Below, piece by piece: positions 62,952-64,000 of a DNA stretch of 64,000 bases (position 1 is its first letter; each line of letters opens with the position of its first letter). Origin of the DNA: Gammaproteobacteria bacterium (GTDB lineage: Bacteria > Pseudomonadota > Gammaproteobacteria > SZUA-140); the NCBI GenBank assembly GCA_015492435.1, contig WGFB01000051.1, forward strand, positions 15,100-79,099, written 5' to 3'. The notes beneath the pieces were generated by a model. The model saw nothing but the letters and a program-made list of their open reading frames with translations, was not told the origin of the DNA and searched no databases. The translations under genes were made by a program, and so were the position numbers.

Positions 62952-64000
62952 AGGCCGGCGACATCCTCGCCTTCTCGCAGAAGACCCTGCGCAGCCATCG
63001 CAGCCGCACCCTGCTCATGCTGCTGGCCATGGCCATGGGCGTGGCCGCCGTGGTGGTGCTGACGGCGCTGGGGGAAGGAGCGCGGCGCTACATCACGGGG
63101 GAATTCGCCTCCCTGGGCACCAACCTGCTCATCGTATTGCCCGGCCGCAGTGAAACCCGTGGCGTTGCTCCCGGCCTGTTCATGGGCGAGACGCCGCGCA
63201 ATCTCACGGTGGGCGACGCGCGGGCCCTGGAACGCTCCAGCCGGGTGCGCCGGGTCGCGCCCGTGATCATCGGCTCGGCCCACGCCTCGTGGCGCCAGCG
63301 TGAACGAGAGGTGCCCGTGCTCGGCTCCACCAGCGAACTGCTGCCTCTGCGCCACTGGAAAATGAAACAGGGACGCTTCCTGCCTCCCGATGCCGCCGCG
63401 CGCGCCAGTCCCGTCGCCGTCATCGGCGCCAATGTGCGCCGCGAACTGTTCGGCGCCCGCCCGGCCGTGGGAGAGTGGCTGAGACTGGGGGAGCGCCGCT
63501 ACCGGGTCATCGGCATCCTGGCCACCGAGGGCCGCTCCATCGGCCTGGACGTGGAGGACCTGGTCATCATCCCGGTATCGTCGGCCCAGGCGCTGTTCAA
63601 CACCCCCTCCCTGTTCCGCATCCTGGTCGAGGCGCGCACCCGGGATGCCATCCTCCCTGTCAGGAATTTCATCCTCGATACCATTCAGAAACGCCACCAG
63701 GGAGAGAAGGACATCACGGTCATCACCCAGGATGCCGTGCTGTCCACCTTCGACCGCATCTTTCAGGCCCTGACCCTCACCGTGGCCGGCATCGCCGCCA
63801 TCAGCCTGGCCGTGGCCGGCATCCTCATCATGAACGTCATGCTGGTGTCGGTCACCCAGCGCATGGCCGAGATCGGCCTGCTCAAGGCCCTGGGCGCATC
63901 GCGGCGTCACATCACCCTGCTGTTTCTGACCGAGGCGCTCATCCTGTCCTTCATCGGCGCCTGCGCCGGCCTGCTGGTGGGCGAGGCCGGAAGCTGGCTC
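62948..64000 (+). CDS. ABC transporter permease (MacB/FtsX family), partial; C-terminus beyond the window end
   Basis: ATG 62948 overlaps the ATPase stop (ATGA). [42 protein letters not shown] (TM1), periplasmic domain, FtsX-type TM region (...AISLAVAGILIMNVMLVSVTQRMAEIGLLKALGAS). Not in the ORF track because it has no stop inside the window. Confidence 0.85.
   Translation, partial: MKAGDILAFSQKTLRSHRSRTLLMLLAMAMGVAAVVVLTALGEGARRYITGEFASLGTNLLIVLPGRSETRGVAPGLFMGETPRNLTVGDARALERSSRVRRVAPVIIGSAHASWRQREREVPVLGSTSELLPLRHWKMKQGRFLPPDAAARASPVAVIGANVRRELFGARPAVGEWLRLGERRYRVIGILATEGRSIGLDVEDLVIIPVSSAQALFNTPSLFRILVEARTRDAILPVRNFILDTIQKRHQGEKDITVITQDAVLSTFDRIFQALTLTVAGIAAISLAVAGILIMNVMLVSVTQRMAEIGLLKALGASRRHITLLFLTEALILSFIGACAGLLVGEAGSWL

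Overview
This 64 kb window is high-GC (about 65%), densely coding chromosomal DNA from a proteobacterium, gammaproteobacteria-like in its synteny. Most ORFs in the supplied track are antisense or out-of-frame artefacts of the GC bias; I rely on roughly 60 genes that show recognisable family signatures.

Gene content, left to right:
- a partial TPR/O-GlcNAc-transferase-like gene (minus strand, truncated at the window start);
- a periplasmic nitrate reductase operon napDABC, with a possible 59-aa upstream ORF that overlaps napD by ATGA;
- a minus-strand string rsd - relA/spoT-family - HPF::cold-shock-domain fusion - family-4 uracil-DNA glycosylase - uvrC - pgsA - tRNA-Gly(GCC) - tRNA-Cys(GCA);
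- a translationally coupled pair: a QEGLA-motif protein with an HExxH motif (family DUF1704, recalled from memory) and a GshB-like ATP-grasp ligase;
- uspA, pcm, a tandem-USP protein and a YcbZ-type Lon-like protease; phhB (convergent);
- an RNA-repair operon (archease plus RtcB) immediately downstream of a histidine kinase and a receiver-TPR response regulator;
- dodecin, uup, an RRM protein, two cspA-type genes with long AT-rich leaders, rapA and msrAB;
- a minus-strand operon malic enzyme - GST (YfcG-like) - patatin - two unknown proteins;
- a TonB-dependent receptor - YfiR-like - sensor kinase - Crp/Fnr operon;
- a TatT-associated TRAP transporter;
- four lipoprotein genes (LPP20 / LpoB-like / TPR-like / LPP20-like);
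- a partner-switching module (MCP, STAS protein, receiver-PP2C-RsbW-like tri-domain protein) followed by a divergent CsrA paralog;
- an alpha/beta hydrolase, rlmD, a cysH-like gene, a 2-hydroxyacid dehydrogenase, ycgL and a MacAB-like efflux system (permease truncated at the window end).

The most unusual non-coding signal is a dispersed family of at least 10 intergenic elements built from tandem GTACAAG/ATACAAG heptamers. Several carry a conserved roughly 40-bp hairpin head, and two complete copies carry imperfect terminal inverted repeats, which makes them MITE-like. One heptamer array sits inside the archease-rtcB operon.

I found no rRNA, CRISPR array, prophage or transposase.
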